DNA of 64,000 bases from Okamejei kenojei (taxonomy: Eukaryota), in NCBI GenBank assembly GCA_035221665.1, contig CM069174.1, forward strand, positions 11,222,001 to 11,286,000. The letters run 5' to 3'. The translations under genes were made by a program, and so were the position numbers. The notes beneath the pieces are model-generated. The model was not told where the DNA came from. It worked only from the letters and a program-made list of their open reading frames with translations, and searched no databases. This document shows, piece after piece, positions 13,901-28,900 of this stretch; positions within the stretch are counted from its first letter, which is position 1, and the number at the start of each line of letters is the position of its first letter.

Positions 13901-16900
13901 GTCAATTATTGTTGCTTGTTTGTTGCAATGACATTGAGTGAGCAGGGTGGTTAATATTCTTACTGGCCTTGGACGTTGACAACTGATTTTCCTTTGGATT
14001 TTTCCATGTTCCATCTGTCTTTACCAGGGAAAAAGATGGAGTCAAAATCATAGTAAGATGGGAGCTAATTGAGACAGACTAAATATATGATAAAGGAGAA
14101 TAAGTAGAAAGCTAGCCTGAACTAAACAAATCACCTGGTCAAATGCACAGACAGACACAAAATGCTGGAGTAACTCAGCGGGACAGGCAGCATTTCTGGA
14201 GAGAAGGAATGGATGATGTTTCGGGTTGAGACCTTTCTGTGCTCTGAGGGAAATAATGATCAATATTGCAGAAGTTTTGGCCATAAACGTCCAGTCTTTA
14301 AATACTGAGGTGTGTGTGGAAACTTGCTCTGCGCAAATTAGCTGCGGCTTTTTGCATAAATGCAGCAAATGCAGATTAAAACTGGCTCTGAGGCACTTTC
14401 AGCTGCTCCCTGGACGCAAAAGGTGCACTTTGATTTTGCAAATTCTTTGTATATTCTTTGTGAATGTAAATACGATTTGTACAATAGCTTCATGATCTAT
14501 GTGAATGTATATTTTTTGAATAATAAAAAACAGAATAAAAAAAGAGTGGTCTAATGCACAGTCTTAAATCTGGATTTATCAATCACCTGAACCAGATTTG
14601 GATGAGCTGGGGTTGGGATGATTGACTCCAATAGCCACTACCTAGCTTCATTGCAACCATTGGAGTATTTTCCCTTTGATGACAATTGCCTTCAGTTTTA
14701 CTCAGGCTCTCTTTGCTATGGTATCATTATGGACAGGTGCACCTGCCGCAGTAGACTGATGAGTCAACTCCAATAGACTTATCCGTCATGTTGCTTCGAC
14801 TAGTACCTGCCACAGACCAAATCTAAAGGGCATGCACTTCGGGACTCGGCCATTTTGTGCTACCAAGCCACTCTTGATAATGGCTTCCATCCAGAGTTCA
14901 CTCTGTGCCCATGCCAGCTTTTCTGATTTAGATACTGGTCCTCAGAGGTTTGTGAGGAGGACCTGCGATGTTGCCTGGGCTGGAGCTCATTGCAGGGTCT
15001 ACATTTGATGCCTAAGTTACTGCAGCATGACACAGCTGAGAGGTTGTACAGCTCAAAATAATGGCAGATGCTGGACATCTAAAGTATAAAAGCAGAAGAT
15101 ACTGTAAACATTTAGCAAATAAGGGCACATCTGTGGGAAGAGAAACAGAGTTATTGCGTCAGATTGAAGACCCTGGTTGGAAGGGTATTGTGTCTGGTAA
15201 GCCATCTCAAGGAGTGTTTGAGTCAGCCACATTGCCGCAGGTTTGGAGTTGCATATAAGCCAGACCAAGCAAGGATGGTCTCAATGAACCAGATTGGTTT
15301 TTAACTTTTCCTTTTAGGTTCCTGCATATGAACTTAAAATAAATTCCACATTTGCCATGGTTGGATTGTAACTTGGATCTCTGGATTGATAGTCCAGGCC
15401 TCGTGTTTGCTAATTGAGTAATTTTACCTCGGTGTCAGGACCATACTCCAAACATCCTAACATTAGAGAAAAGAGTTCATCCATATTTACTGCATTGGTT
15501 GTATTACAGACTGCAATGAATGTCATTGGATTCGACAAGTCTGAAATGGACTCTATATGGGAGACTGTGGCTGTCGTACTTAAACTCTGCAACATCACGC
15601 TGAAGTCAGAACCTCAGTCAAGTGGGACGGATCACTGCTACATCGATGATAGCAAAGGTAAGTATTTTCCAAGTGAACTAAAAAAGTAGCAGACTGATTC
15701 AAATTTCATTTGGAAACTTTGGTTTCAAACCCAGATGACAACTACAAAATGTAATAAAGACGATATTTTTTATCTCAAACAGCCTGGAATATAAGTGCGT
15801 GGCAATTATACTGTGGCTGTTAGAGCTCTGTTAAAATGGCATCTCAAGCACTATGTTCAGTTCTCTGCACTTGGTTCGGGAAAGATGACTCAGTACTTTT
15901 TTAGGGAATACAGCACAGATTCATTCACCAGAATAATACTGCGTTCAAACACTGGGGTATGAGCTGTGTGTTTCTCTTCTCGTCTCCAGGACTGAGAGAA
16001 GTCTGCAGTTTGATTGGCCTTGATGAGTCCATTCTAGAACAAGCACTGTGCTCTCGCACTGTACAAACCAAGAGTGAGAAAGTGAAGACAACATTGACTG
16101 CTGCTCAGGTAAAGTATAAAAGCTTTTCAAATAGATGTGGAGTTGTGACAAATGGAGATATACAGTGAGCAACTGATACCTGGGAGTAAGTTGTTCATTG
16201 AGCTTATTGTCCCGTGTACCGAGGTACAGTGAAAAGCTTGTGCTGTGTGCTATCCAGTCAGCGGAAAGACAATACATTATTACAATCGAGCCGTCCACAG
16301 TGTAGGGATACATGATAAGGGAATAACGTTTAGATAAAGCCAGCAAAGTCTGATCAAGGATAGTCCGAGGGTCTCATGTTGTGTTACGATGATTCAGTTA
16401 CGAGTTATTCTTTTACCCAGGAGTGATTTGTGTACAGTATTAGATCGTCAGTAATAACTGTGAATAATTGTAGAGGTAATAAATACAAGAGTGAATCGTA
16501 CAGAGTATTTGATACCTGGATGTAGGTGGTGGAGAGTATTTGACAGTATTTTCACTGTACCTCGGTACACGTGACAATCATCTAAAGCAATAAATGGTTG
16601 GGACTGGGTTGTACAGGGTAATGGATTTTGCTATAATGGATTGAACTGATCTGAAACAACTTTAAGCTGTCTCTAACCTATTCTATGCTTTCCCCCACCC
16701 TGCCTCACCCAACCACGTACATTTCAAAGCTATCCATAGGAATTTCTTTTGACGTATCCACAGTTACTGAGCTACTTCTCGGACCGTCATGGTGATAGAA
16801 TAAATAACACACAACAATGTAACAATGCAGGTTTCATCTCTTCCCACAGGGTTTCTATGCACGTGACGCTTTGGCAAAAAACCTCTATGACCGCCTGTTC

Positions 16901-19900
16901 AACTGGTTGGTGAACCGAATCAATGAAAGCATTCAGGTAATCCGGCACAGAGTGCATTCTTCAGGAATCATATTGGGAATGAAATATTTCAAATGTCTTT
17001 GTTACTATACCACTAGATTCAATGATATAGTTCCCTTAAGCTGCTGGCATATTATAGAGAAAATAGATGGAACAAAGTTGGGAAAATAGAGCAAAATTAT
17101 TCCAGATATCGGGATCTGTAAGAATGAATGAAGGAAATAAATTGGCTATGAGAGGCTCTTGAATTGGTTCAGAGAATTAATGCATTGCCCAATCTGTTAC
17201 TGGGCAATATAAACTGGAGGAACCACCAAGTAGTGATTATAGACCTCGGCAAGTGGGGTTCAGGAAGAATTGATCACGCCTGGTGGATTGTCAATGAAAA
17301 CAACCTCCTCCCACCCCGACACCAAACTGGAAAGCCCATTTGTACACAGACATTAATTGAGATGTAGAAAACAGGAACTGCAGATGCTGGTTTACAAAAG
17401 AAGATACAAAGTGTTGGGGTAACTTAGCAGGTCAAGCTGCATTGCAGGAGAACATGGATAGGCAACATTTTGGGTCAGGACCCATCTCCAGTCTGAAGAA
17501 GGGTCCTGACCCAAGACGTCACCTATCCATGTTCTTCTTTAATTGAGGTTGTTATCTGGCTGTGATGCCTCTCACAGTTAATAGACTGTCACTTCATTGT
17601 CTAGCGTCACACTTTTTTTGCTGGTTATGGGAATGGTGTTGGTGCCTGTGGAACCTTGCTCCAGTGCAAGGTGTTGTCTTTGGGAGAGGATGGGGCAAGT
17701 CTAGGTGCTGGACATCTGAACATAACAGAAGAGCCTAATAGGATGTTTATAGCAAACCAGTTAACAAGTTTATAGCAAACCAGTTTAACACAACTTGTAC
17801 TTGTTCAAGGTTAAAGGCAAAGTACAGAAGAAGGTGATGGGAGTGTTGGATATTTACGGATTTGAGATTTTTGAGGTAAGTTTGCATTACAATTATTCCT
17901 ATAAAAAAAGGTCCCACCGTGAGGACAGGGAAGCTGTGCACGATTACAATGCATCTCATGGGAATTAAGATAGGAGGCCAATACTGCAAGGACGAACATA
18001 GTTTTACGTCTGAAGAAGGGTTTTGACCTGAATCGTCACCTATTTCCTTCGCTCCATAGATGCTGCCTCACCCGCTGAGTTTCTCCAGCAGTTTTGTCTA
18101 CCTTAGTTTTACGGCACATGGGCAATTTGGTCAAACAGGTCCCAGTTGATATCCATGCTCTGTAAAGTCACGTTGAACACGTGTATTGTGTTATACTGTG
18201 ATGTCCTGAACAGATGGGGCGATTTTCTTGAGGAAGAACAAAGCTAAGTGGTGGCAAGTTTTACAATTACAATTCTGTAGGCTTATGGGTCGGATGTGTA
18301 GAAGATGTTTCCAATTGTAGGGAATGTAGAATAAAGCTCGTAAATATAGATCGCCCGCAAGAAATCTGATGGGAAATGGGGAAAAATTCCTTTCCCTTGA
18401 GAGTAGTGGGAATGTGGAACTCGCTTCCTTAGTGAGTGATGAAGACATACAAAAGTTGGGACATTGTGATGAGTCATTGCTTTTTAAATTTCACTCACAC
18501 CCCTGGGGTTCCAGGAAACGGCTCAGGCTCTCTTTAGCGCTTCCCTTGCTAGTGAGCCCGATACATCTCTCACCTCAGAGTCTGACAGCTGTCCCACTCC
18601 AGGGAACCGTTCCCAGATTCTAGGCGGAGGCTCCCAGTGTTGAAAGTACCATCTTCTGAATGAAACATTAAACTCAGGTCCCGACTGAAACAACCCCACA
18701 ATTCCTATGGCTAGCTGTGCAAAACAAGGCTGGTGTTATAATGGTGACTAATTCAGTGGCTGTACAGTCTTGAAAGGTACTATGCAAATTGAAGTATTTT
18801 CATATATTTGAAAGTCATGTTAAATCATTTGAGTTTATTTCTCCAGGACAATAGTTTTGAGCAGTTTGTTATAAACTACTGCAATGAGAAGCTGCAGCAG
18901 CTCTTCATTGAACTGACACTGAAGGAGGAACAGGAAGAGTACATACGAGAGGTAAGCAGCCCCTCCGTCTTTTTATCCGACTTATCACAATTCACAAACT
19001 CTCCCAATGATTCACTACGCAGTGCAAACCGCATCATATATTCAGCTTCAATGGGATCTCAGTGTCCCTGGGTTAGGCAGAAAGACTTGGTTCTTCTGGT
19101 CAATGTAATCTCTGCATCATTAAATCATAGCTGTGCCCCTGAGTCTGGCCTTTAGTATGTCACGAGCTTCAACTGATCATGTCCTGTGTTGATTATTCTT
19201 GTTCTGTTTTCCAGGGCATCGAGTGGATACAGATCAAATATATTGACAACGCCATTATCTGTGACCTGATTGAAAACGTACTTTTTGTTTCTTTACATTT
19301 TTGGTTTTTGCAATTGTTACTTTTGTGTATGCGCGGGAAACGAGAGACCATGTGTGAAAATGTGTGTAGTTTAGGGTGTGAGAAGGTCTTGGTGACAACA
19401 TGATTGAGTGTGTGTGTGTGCGTGTGTATCTGAGAGTGTGTGTGAAAGCATTTATGCAAGTGTGTGATGGTATCATGTACAGGTGCATCTATTGTCTTAA
19501 AACATTTAAATGAATGAATAGCATTGCCAATCAGTGAATAAATGTTGATAATGTGTAGCACCGAGCTGTGTAAATGAGCAAGCTCCCAGGGCCACACATG
19601 TATCCTGACTGAATGAGCTTGTGTTGCTGTGCGGGGAGAGGGAAATTAGCCGTGTTCCAGTCAGCAGTCGGCCAGCATGAACATTTACATGTGGCCACAG
19701 GATGGGAGCCTGGTGTTTACACAACTCTGCTGCCAAGCAAAGTCTACATTTACACATGAGGGATAGTCAAGTCAAAGTCAAAGTCAAAAGAGTTTATTGT
19801 CATGTGTCCCTGACAGGACAATGAAATTCTTTCTTTGCATAGCACAACAGAACATAGTAGGCATTGACTACAGTTATATACTTAAATACACACATTAATT

Positions 19901-22900
19901 AATAAATTAATAAAGTGCAAATAACAGATGGAGGGGTATTAATGTTCAGAGTTTTGTCCGAGCCAGGTTTAATAGCCTGATGGCGGTGGGGAAGCCACTG
20001 TGCTAAAGTATCAAGAGCACCTGGTAACTGCACCAGACCTCTAACGTGAGTCCATGCAAAGAGGAGAGTAGTGATGAAATATTTGTGGCAGGCTGGGGGG
20101 AGAAGATGGCCATTCATTTGACCTGCGGTGCTGTTTGTCCTTGTGCAGAATAAAGGCATCCTGGCAATGTTGGACGAAGAATGTCTCCGGCCTGGTAATG
20201 TCACTGCAAAGACCTTCCTCCAAAAGTTAAATCAGACTTTCTCCAGCCATCAGCATTACGAGAGCAAAGAGACGCAGAGCGCCAAGTTCATCACCGATGT
20301 AACACTGCCTGCCAACTGTTTCCGCGTGCAGCACTATGCAGGAAAGGTGAGCACTTGGTTCCTTATTATATCCTCCTCTGTGGGTGCTATTCCTGATACC
20401 AAATGCTTCCATGGTAAGCTGCTCATTTAGATCGTTGTTAGTGCTGCTGCCTCATTGCTCCAGAGAATAGGTTACCATGTGGCGAAAATGGAGTTATATC
20501 ATCAGTGACTGACCAAAATACCATCAATGATAATCTTCACAGCATCAGCTGCCCCTTGCTTTAATGGGTGAATGTAATAGTAAAGTGTACAGAGTTTCAC
20601 TTCATGTGTTTGATGGACAAACTGATTACAGTCGGAATGCTGACATTTGGCTTCAATGCCTCTGGAACTGGAACAACGTCTGCTTAAATCCTAACTTTTG
20701 CACCTTTCCCAATTGCTAACATTCACTTGGCAACTGAGAAGCATGAGCCAGCATGAACGGGCGACTTCAAGGGAGTGGGCAACATGGGAGAAAAGTGACA
20801 CATTCTCTTTCATATGTATGTAGCCTGCTTGTGTATACTACTCTTATAACAAATGTAAAGCACTTTGGTCAACGAGAGTTGTTTTTTAAATGTGCTATAT
20901 AAATAAAAGTGACTTGACTTGACTCGACTCTTTCCTTGCTATTGTAGGTGACATACAACGTTGCAGACTTCATCGACAAGAACAATGACCTGCTGTACCG
21001 GGATCTATCCAAGGCCATGTGGCAGGCCAAGCACAGGCTCATCAAGTCACTCTTTTCTGAAGGGGACCCAAGAAAGACATTGTTGAAGAGGCCACCAACA
21101 GCTGGCTCACAGTTCAAGGCTTCAGTGAATGTCCTAATGAAGAACGTCCTGGCTAAAAACCCCAACTATATCAGGTACAATTTCCCCAAGTTGCACAATT
21201 CCAGGGATTACTCGGGGTTGTTCAGGTCCCAGTATACATAATCCGTCAAATGGCAGGTTGTTTTGGACGAGAATGTTTTTGTGTTGCAGATGTGAGCCTG
21301 TTGTCAATGTCTCCCCTACTTGGCAAATTTGGAACTGTAATGTGGCTTTAAAATACTGCCGTGCAGTCTGTCCCCCCCCACAAAAGAGCTGTTCAAGCAG
21401 TTGCCGGCTCTCACCCTGAGACAGTGGCAACGCCAACTTCTCAGCACCACTGGTAGCCTCAGTGTACATCTCATTATCATTCATTCTCAGAAAGTGGGCA
21501 TTGGTGGCAAGAGGAGTACGCCTTGCCCGTTCCCTCAATGCCTTGTGGTTGTTTTCTGAAACTGCTTTAGTGTTTTGATACAATTACGAATTGCACCAGA
21601 GGACCTTTCATAGTCAACCATGTAGGTATGAGACTAGATAGGCATACACCCTGAATGGATAATGATGGCAGTTTTGTACGCCCAGTGTTGCTGCTGTTAG
21701 ATGAACTATCGACCCTCCTGGACATCCCGTTGATTCCTGGGTAAACAAAAATGCTGGAGAAACTCAGCGGGTGCAGCAGCATCTATGGAGCGAAGGAAAT
21801 AGGCAACGTTTTGGGCCGAAACCCAGAAGGGTTTCGGCCCGAAACGTTGCCTATTTCCTTCGCTCCATAGATGCTGCTGCACCCGCTGAGTTTCTTCAGC
21901 ATTTTTGTCTACCTTCGATTTTCCAGCATCTACAGTTCCTTCTTAATCCCCTTGATTCCTGCTGTGCCTCGCTGTATAATCGCACCATTTCTCTCTTGAC
22001 CTGTGCTGACTCTTCCACAGATGCATCAAGCCAAATGACACAAAATCACCAGCACAATTTGAAGACCGCCTGGTTCAAACACAGATCAAGTACCTGGGGC
22101 TGATGGAGAATATACGAGTGCGTCGGGCGGGATATGCCTACCGCCACCACTACAAGCCTTGCCTGGAACGCTACAAGATGCTCTGTAAACAGACTTGGCC
22201 AAACTGGAAGGGGAACGACCGGTAAGCAACTTTTTTCTGGTGACAGTCCGCGGCTTCAGCAGGGGAATAGGCCACAAGTTAACTTAATTCCGTTTAATTT
22301 AGATACAGCGTGGAAACAGGCCCTTCGGCCCATCGAGTCCGTGCTGACCAGCGATCACCCATACACTGGTTCTATCCTACACACTGGGGACAATTTACAG
22401 AATGCAATTAACCTACACATCTTTGGAATGTGGGAGGAAGCCAGTGCGCCCGGAGAAAACCCAGTCACAGGGAGAACGTACAAACTCCGTACAGACAATG
22501 CCCGTGGTCTGGACGGAACCCGGGTCTTTGGCTCTATAAGGCAGCAACTCTACCGCTGCGCCGCCGTGCCGCTCTTAACTCAGATATTTTGGATCAGAAA
22601 GCACTATATGTCCTATTGCTGGTTGCAAATCATATGTGCCCATTATTTACTGGCCTTAGAAACGGGGAAACAATATAAAAATATTTGATCTAATGATTAT
22701 ATTGTGTCTTGCTGACAAAATATGTGACCCTTCAAATCCTGTTATGAAATATGTTACCACATGTAGCACAAACAGAATCAGAAGCAATATTTATTCCTTA
22801 ATTTCTGTTCTTCTTTAAGAGATGGCGTGCAGACTCTTTTGACTGAATTAAATATAGCTCCAGAGGAATACGCATTTGGACGGACAAAAATCTTTATCAG

Positions 22901-25900
22901 AAATCCACAGACAGTGAGTATTGACTTGGCATTAATACATTTATTCCCTCAGCCAAAGTGTTTGGAGAGAGATACTGGAGCGTTGACCAGGGAGGTGTGG
23001 CAGAATTCCTCCTTGAAGAGACTATGGCGCACTGATTATAGTCCCTCAAGCATTTTATTGGGGAAATACCTGAACATTTACTGGAATACCCTTACATAAT
23101 GCACAGGAAAAATTCACATGCATTGTTGGGAAAGGAGAGAAAAATGAAGCAAAGGCAAAAGTTATTTCTGATGACTGACGCCCCTTTTCACTTCAGACCT
23201 TTTGTCTGATGGATCTGTAATGAAAGTATGAAACAATTGCTTGCCTGTAATTCCCTCTCCCAAGGCCCCTTCACTTATTTCTTGCTTTCCACACAGCTCT
23301 TTGACATGGAAGAGCGACGGCGGGTTCAGTTGGGATTCGTGGCCACCTTGATTCAGAAGACTTATCGCGGCTGGAAATGCCGAACCCATTTCCTCCGATT
23401 GAAGAAAAGTCAGATCATCATCGCTGCCTGGTTCAGGCGGTATAACGTAAGGATGCCTGGCTTCAGAAATATGCCAGGGTTCACATTGAAGGCTTGCAGA
23501 CTTCAGTTCTGTGGCAAACGTGAATTGCCAACTCTGTTCCCTCTTCCTTTTTATTTAGGATCTGAGTGTCAATTTTGCTAATGTAGTGAGGTTGTTACTA
23601 GACATTAGTGCAAGCATTGCCAGTGGAAGAGGTGTTAAACCGAGCCATCCCCTCGGCCGAATGGGAGAAGTCAGTTGCCACTATTTCCAAGAAGAGAAAG
23701 AAAGATATACTTGTGTTGGAATAATATTTACTCCACAATCAGTATCACTGAATACAGATGTTTAAGAAGGAACTGCAGATGCTGGAAAAATCAAAAAATG
23801 CCGGCGAAAGTCAGTGGGTGAGGCAGCATCTATGGAGCAAAGGAAATAGGCAACGTTCGGGTCTCGCCCGCTGACTTTCTCCAGCATTTTTGTCTACTTC
23901 ACTGAATACAGATCATCTGATTATTATTGCATTGCAGTTTCTGGGAGCTTCTCATGTACAGATTGACTGTGAAGGTCTCTGACTGCCCTCGCCTGGTCTG
24001 GGTGTGTATGTGTCTCTACACCCAGGAGCATGGTGAAATGGCAAACCTTGGAGCAGCCTGCCAGTTGTACTACTGTGAAGGAAGAGGCTCAGCATCACCT
24101 TCTCAGGACAAAAGATGCTGATTACTAGTGACACCCAAATCCCGGCAGAAAAAATAAGAAAGCCATTGATTACGACTCAAACATAAAGGACAGCCACCAG
24201 GATGGGTTTGTACACAGTACATGGTCTGCACTGCAATGAGGGAGAGCAGGGAAGAGAAAGAAAGCGAAAATAATCAAAACAAACATAGCAGGAAGGTATC
24301 CTAATGAGTGTTTGTTTTTGACGCTGCCTCTTTCTCATTCTCATACAGCAACAAAAGAAATATTCAAATATGAAGAAAGCTGCCATTATGCTTCAAGCCT
24401 ATGTCAGGGGCTGGAAGGTGAGTTTGTTCTGAAGGATCCAATATGATAAAACCTAAGGCAAGATGTGGGTCTCACACACAGATATGTATCCTTCTGACCC
24501 TTCAAAGTTTCTGAGGTGCTTGGATTGACTAAGAATTGAACCATGTCCTGCACGCATCACAGTGGAGGGTTCACTGGTTGCAAGCTGGCTGGAGACTGAT
24601 TTAAAGAGGAGTGTCTTCTCAGACATTAACATTCACCTGAGTGAATGGAGAACAAATCCAGTTAAAAGGGGCTCTGTAACAGCATGACGTAAAAACTGTA
24701 TGCCAGATTCCAATTGTAAATGATCATTTTGCCCTCAATTTCTTTTTATGTTGTAAATTCAATTTCTTCTAAAGTGCTTCAATGACTAAATGGAACGAGG
24801 TTATTAAAAATGCCGATACATGGCCATCTCATGGAAGACCTGGAGAATTCCCATCCTTGTGTTCAAGTCTTTCCTCGGCTTTGCCTCACTCCTCATTCCT
24901 TCTCCAACCTCTCTACACTCATCCAATTTGGGCCTCTTATTGACACCTCTCCCATCCCAAGCTCTCCGCACTCCAACGTTGCCAGCCTTGCCTTTGGCTG
25001 CCATGGCCCTAAGCTCTGGAATTCCCTCCCCGAACCTTTCTGCCTTTAAGATGCACCGTAAGCCTGCCACGACAGCCAAGCTATCAGTCGCCTGGCCAAA
25101 AATTTCCATTTGTATCTTGGTGTCAAAGTTTGCCCTGGCTTACACACCTATGGTGTGAAGCACCTCGGGCCATTCTACTGTGTTACTGCTGTGATATTTT
25201 TAAAAAAATGTTCCTGATCTTGAAATGGGAAAATTGATTCTTTATTTCCAGGTTCGCAAACTCCAGAGAGAGTTGAAGAAGCAGAAACGTTATGCTGCAT
25301 CAGTCACCATCATTGCAGCCGGCTGGCGAGGTTACCAGGTAACAAAGCAAAGAGCGAGTCTGCATTACAATCATTCTGCAAAACTAATTGCAACGGTATT
25401 CTCCAATGTTACCTATTGCACTTTCCACAGCATCCTGAACTGTTAGTACAGATTCACAGGTACTCACTTTCAGCTGCAACATTAAACCAAGGCCTGCATC
25501 TGTTCTCTCCATTAATGCTTCAGGTCACAGACCCCTCAACTTGAAACATGAACTCTGTTCTTCTCAGATGCTGTCTGACCTGTTGAGTGTTTCCAGCATT
25601 TCTGTTTTTGTCTCAGAATTACAGCATCTGCAGTTTTGTTTGGATTTTCGCACCACCTCTTTGCAACCTCTTGGTTTCCCCCACATTACCAATTCTTAGT
25701 TCAATTTAATGTCATCTGCAAAATTGCCTACATAGGGAGAGGGTGTAGGATAGTTGAGAAGGATCACTTTTCACAGCCATCTTCTCAGGACTATGAAAGA
25801 GGGGGCAATGGAGCAGTTATGTATGATCACTTGTGATTGTCAGTCGCATTGATGACACTAACTATTGCTAACTAAAATGGACTAATGCAAACTCTTTTTT

Positions 25901-28900
25901 CCAACTTTGAATTGACGTCAACATTGACCATACACTGCATCCAACACAAATAACCTTTGCTTGTGACCTCAGGTGCGGAAAAGGCTCAGGAGATACTTCA
26001 AATGTAATGCTTCAAGGACTGTCCGGAAATTCATGATCTCTTCAATTGTAAGTTCAGTCTGTGAGCTGCCTGCATTATATTTAACGGTCGGTGACTTTGG
26101 GTATTTGTCAATGCCAGGAAACAAAACATTTATGTATTTGTATTGCACCTCATGCTGCAATGAACATTCCCAGCGATATAAAACTACATTTCAGACGTTA
26201 TTCTGTCCAAAAAACAACCTTGGAGGCTGTTGATCTGCTGGATCACTGAATACAAAGCTCTGTGATAACTTTCTTTTTTTTTCATTCAAAAAGGCACAAA
26301 TATACTTCCGTGAGCTGAAAATCAACCTACCATCAATGTCTCCGCTGGATAAGAACTGGCCAGTGTTGCGTTTTCACTTCTTGAGTAAAACGGACGAGGA
26401 ATTAAAGAGGATATTTTACCTTTGGAAGGTCGGAAAGCAAGTTACTCTTGGTGTGTCAGTGTGCTTGTATGTCCCTTGATTCATTTTCTACACCCATTTT
26501 ACAGCATTAGCTACACCTGACGTTCCACTATGACACTGGTTTCCAACCTTTAATTGCATCTCTGCAACCCCCAATGGCCCCTTCATCCATGCTTATCACT
26601 GCAACTACCAGTTCCCTTACATTCCTCTCCTACCTATCTCCAATACTTCCTCTCACCTCTGTTCCCACCCGGGTTGAATCCTCAGCCCAGCAATGGGAGT
26701 GGTGCTACTTTTGACTCTCCCTTCTCTGAAGTGGAAGAGGGGATTTTGCCAGAGTTCCTGCTCCAAACTGTATCCATTGCTGGTGTGTATCTTGGTCATT
26801 TATTCCCCATTTATGACTGCTCTTCAGAAGGCTATTTAAACAATCTTGTTTGAACTCTTTTGAATTGATTTAATGCACATAATTTATTTTATACGAACTC
26901 CATTTACTGCTTTTTTGTGAAGAAATAATTCAGTTCTACTCAGAAGACTTTCACAGCAAAGATCATCTGCGTTTGAGTCAGGATTTATGCTTAACCCACA
27001 AGGACCCAGAAAAGGTAAACTGTTTGCCACTTCACACTGCAGTGCAAGAAATACAGAGAAGGAATCTCAAGCCAGAGGAAAGCAGAATTGGAAGAGAAGC
27101 AATATGCCAGTGAGCTCTTCAAGGATAAGAAAGCCTCCTATGCCTCCAGGTAACGCAACTTTTCCAGCCTCTCGGGTCTCCATTGTTACTAATGAGTGTC
27201 ACTCAACTCTTGAATTGCTTTAATACTGCTCCTTCCAAGGCTGAGACTTATCCGATATTTGCCAATGCTTCAGAAGATACTCGTGATGTAATGGCAACTG
27301 AGACAGACTGGCAAATTTAACTCTTCTAGGGTGCTGTGTATAATATGCTCACATAGGCCTGATAGGCAAGGCAGATGAACTCAGGGAATGGATAGGTAAA
27401 TGGGATTGGGACAGTATAGCCATTACAGAAACAAGGCTAAGGGAGGGACAGGACTGGCAGGTTAATGTTCCAGATGACAGGTATCATCAAAGTGGAGGAA
27501 AGAGAGGATTGCAGCTGGGAAATAAAAAGGGGAAGTTCATCTTGTTGGGATTGTACTATGTCAGTGGTTCTCAACCTTGTTTGCCCCATGCACCCCTTTC
27601 ACCATATGTCAGAATGTCATTCCCCCCAGCAGCAGGTAACCGATGCATACTGAATTTTGTGCCGCCTTGGGGAGCTCAAAGGCAATAAAAAGATCAACAT
27701 TCTAACCGTTTGAGTTTGCTAATCTGTGGTCCCAATTGCCCCCCTGGGGGGAATTCCCCCCTGGTTGAGAACCCCTGTACTATAGGGTCCCAATAATGAT
27801 AGATTGTCATTGTGAGAGATTTTAATCTAGCCCGGGACTGCCATATTGTTAACGGCTTATCTAGATGGGGTGGAATATTGTTCAGTGTGTTCAGAAAGGT
27901 TTCCTCAGGCAATGTATAGAGGACCTACTAGGGAGAGGGGAAAGCGTGACCTACACTTGAGTAATAGGGCAGGGCAAGTGACTGAGGTGTCAGTGCAAAG
28001 CATTTTGGGCCGAAGAGCCTGTTTCTGTGCTGCATGACATTTACCCTGTTGCTGTGACCCTTTCAGTGTGCCTCAGCCTTTCAAAGGCCAATATTTGGAC
28101 AATCAGAAAAAGACCAAGTATCAGAAACTCATCAATGGCATGGAGGGCAAGTTACTAATGATGGACACAGTCATGAAAATTAACAGGACAGATGGAAAGG
28201 TAAGGACATCTGACATCTGTGTGTTATTCTTTGGTGAGCTACCCTAACATTCCAAACTGATTCCATGGCGTCGATCGATCGCCTTTATTCACTTTCCTTG
28301 TTTCCCAACCCAATGATGTTACCAGGGCTTGATTTTTATTTCTCTCCTGATCACAAATAACCTTTCTGGAAAATGTGCAGATCCACTGCAGGGGAACAGA
28401 TGTTTGAACTTGTGTGATAGTGTCCCTATTGACACTTGCGTGTGAAGATGGTCCATTTGGTGAGATATTATGGCGGGGGGGGGGGGGGGGGGGATTGGAG
28501 GGAAAGGGGACGGGGAAATGATTCAGCACCTGCCTTCAACAGAGAAGTGAAAACTGTTTTAAAGAAAATCCCCCTCCTGGCTCTTTGACCCTTGGAATGT
28601 GATGCATGTTCTTGGACCTCATTCCAGAATTCCCCGAGGATTTTGCTGCTGACGAACAGCTCCGTTGCCCTGGCAGATGCAAAGTCCCCACAAGTGAAAA
28701 CCACAATCAAAGTGAATGAAATCAAAGGCATCTCTATGAGTGGAAGTAGAGATGGACTATTTGTGCTACATCTAGCGGAGGTGAGCAGGGATGTGATCTG
28801 TACTTATCAGAAGTACTTTTGCATGAATTATACTGAGATCGGGCACCATTAACATCAGGGACATCAGGTGTGCCGTGGTAACACACTGCCGTTTGAAAGT

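Noticed and set aside
17746-17790. Short tandem duplication tttatagcaaaccagtt before exon 12
   Set aside because: Ordinary slippage duplication; the acceptor is intact.
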